Origin: an uncultured virus (IMG/VR IMGVR_UViG_3300037296_000406)
Lineage: Duplodnaviria; Heunggongvirae; Uroviricota; Caudoviricetes
Reading direction: 5' to 3' (one strand)
Virus record (IMG/VR): IMGVR_UViG_3300037296_000406
DNA: 64,000 nucleotides
In this document: piece after piece, positions 63,966 through 64,000 of the stretch
Position numbering within the stretch: the stretch's first letter is position 1
Layout: each line of letters begins with the position of its first letter
Translations under genes and position numbers: made by a program
The notes under the pieces: generated by a model
What the model was told of the DNA's origin: nothing
The model's database searches: none
The model's input: the letters and a program-made list of their open reading frames with translations, nothing else

Positions 63966-64000
63966 TTTATAAATAAGTCTCTTTTTTTCAAATCTTCCAG

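Noticed and set aside
1..64000. Jumbo phage or prophage interpretation (bS21, DUF6011, T4-like topoisomerase, late-promoter-like motif)
   Set aside because: Not excluded. However, no capsid, portal, terminase, tail or lysis gene was recognised, and T4SS-like genes and many lipoproteins favour a plasmid-like element.
1..64000. Alternative genetic code
   Set aside because: Conserved genes translate full length with the standard code, and coding density is high.

Overview
A very AT-rich (roughly 25-30% GC by eye), gene-dense segment. It looks like a large extrachromosomal element (megaplasmid, or a giant conjugative or phage-like replicon) rather than an ordinary chromosome. The host is probably a Bdellovibrionota-like diderm, inferred from a Bd0055-type bacterial histone. 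It encodes its own chromatin and DNA-maintenance kit: histone, H1-like KKVA-repeat protein, C5 methyltransferase, TopA, a CTD-less type IIA topoisomerase, ParAB, RecJ, a DnaQ-like exonuclease and a MutS7-like MutS-HNH fusion. It also encodes a ribosomal bS21 homolog and a dispersed, divergent type IV secretion system (long VirB10, VirB9-like, two VirB8-like, a VirB4-like ATPase). A ~19 kb block of large secreted proteins includes three paralogs that share N- and C-terminal frames around nested, variable cargo domains. The strongest non-coding signal is the heptamer CCATTTA, found in sense orientation just upstream of at least 19 genes. In five cases it lies only 6-8 nt before the ATG, which points to an element-wide non-sigma70 promoter class with leaderless mRNAs. 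No rRNA, tRNA, CRISPR array, transposase, or recognisable capsid, terminase or Rep gene was seen. All protein calls come from motif recognition by eye; no database searches were run.
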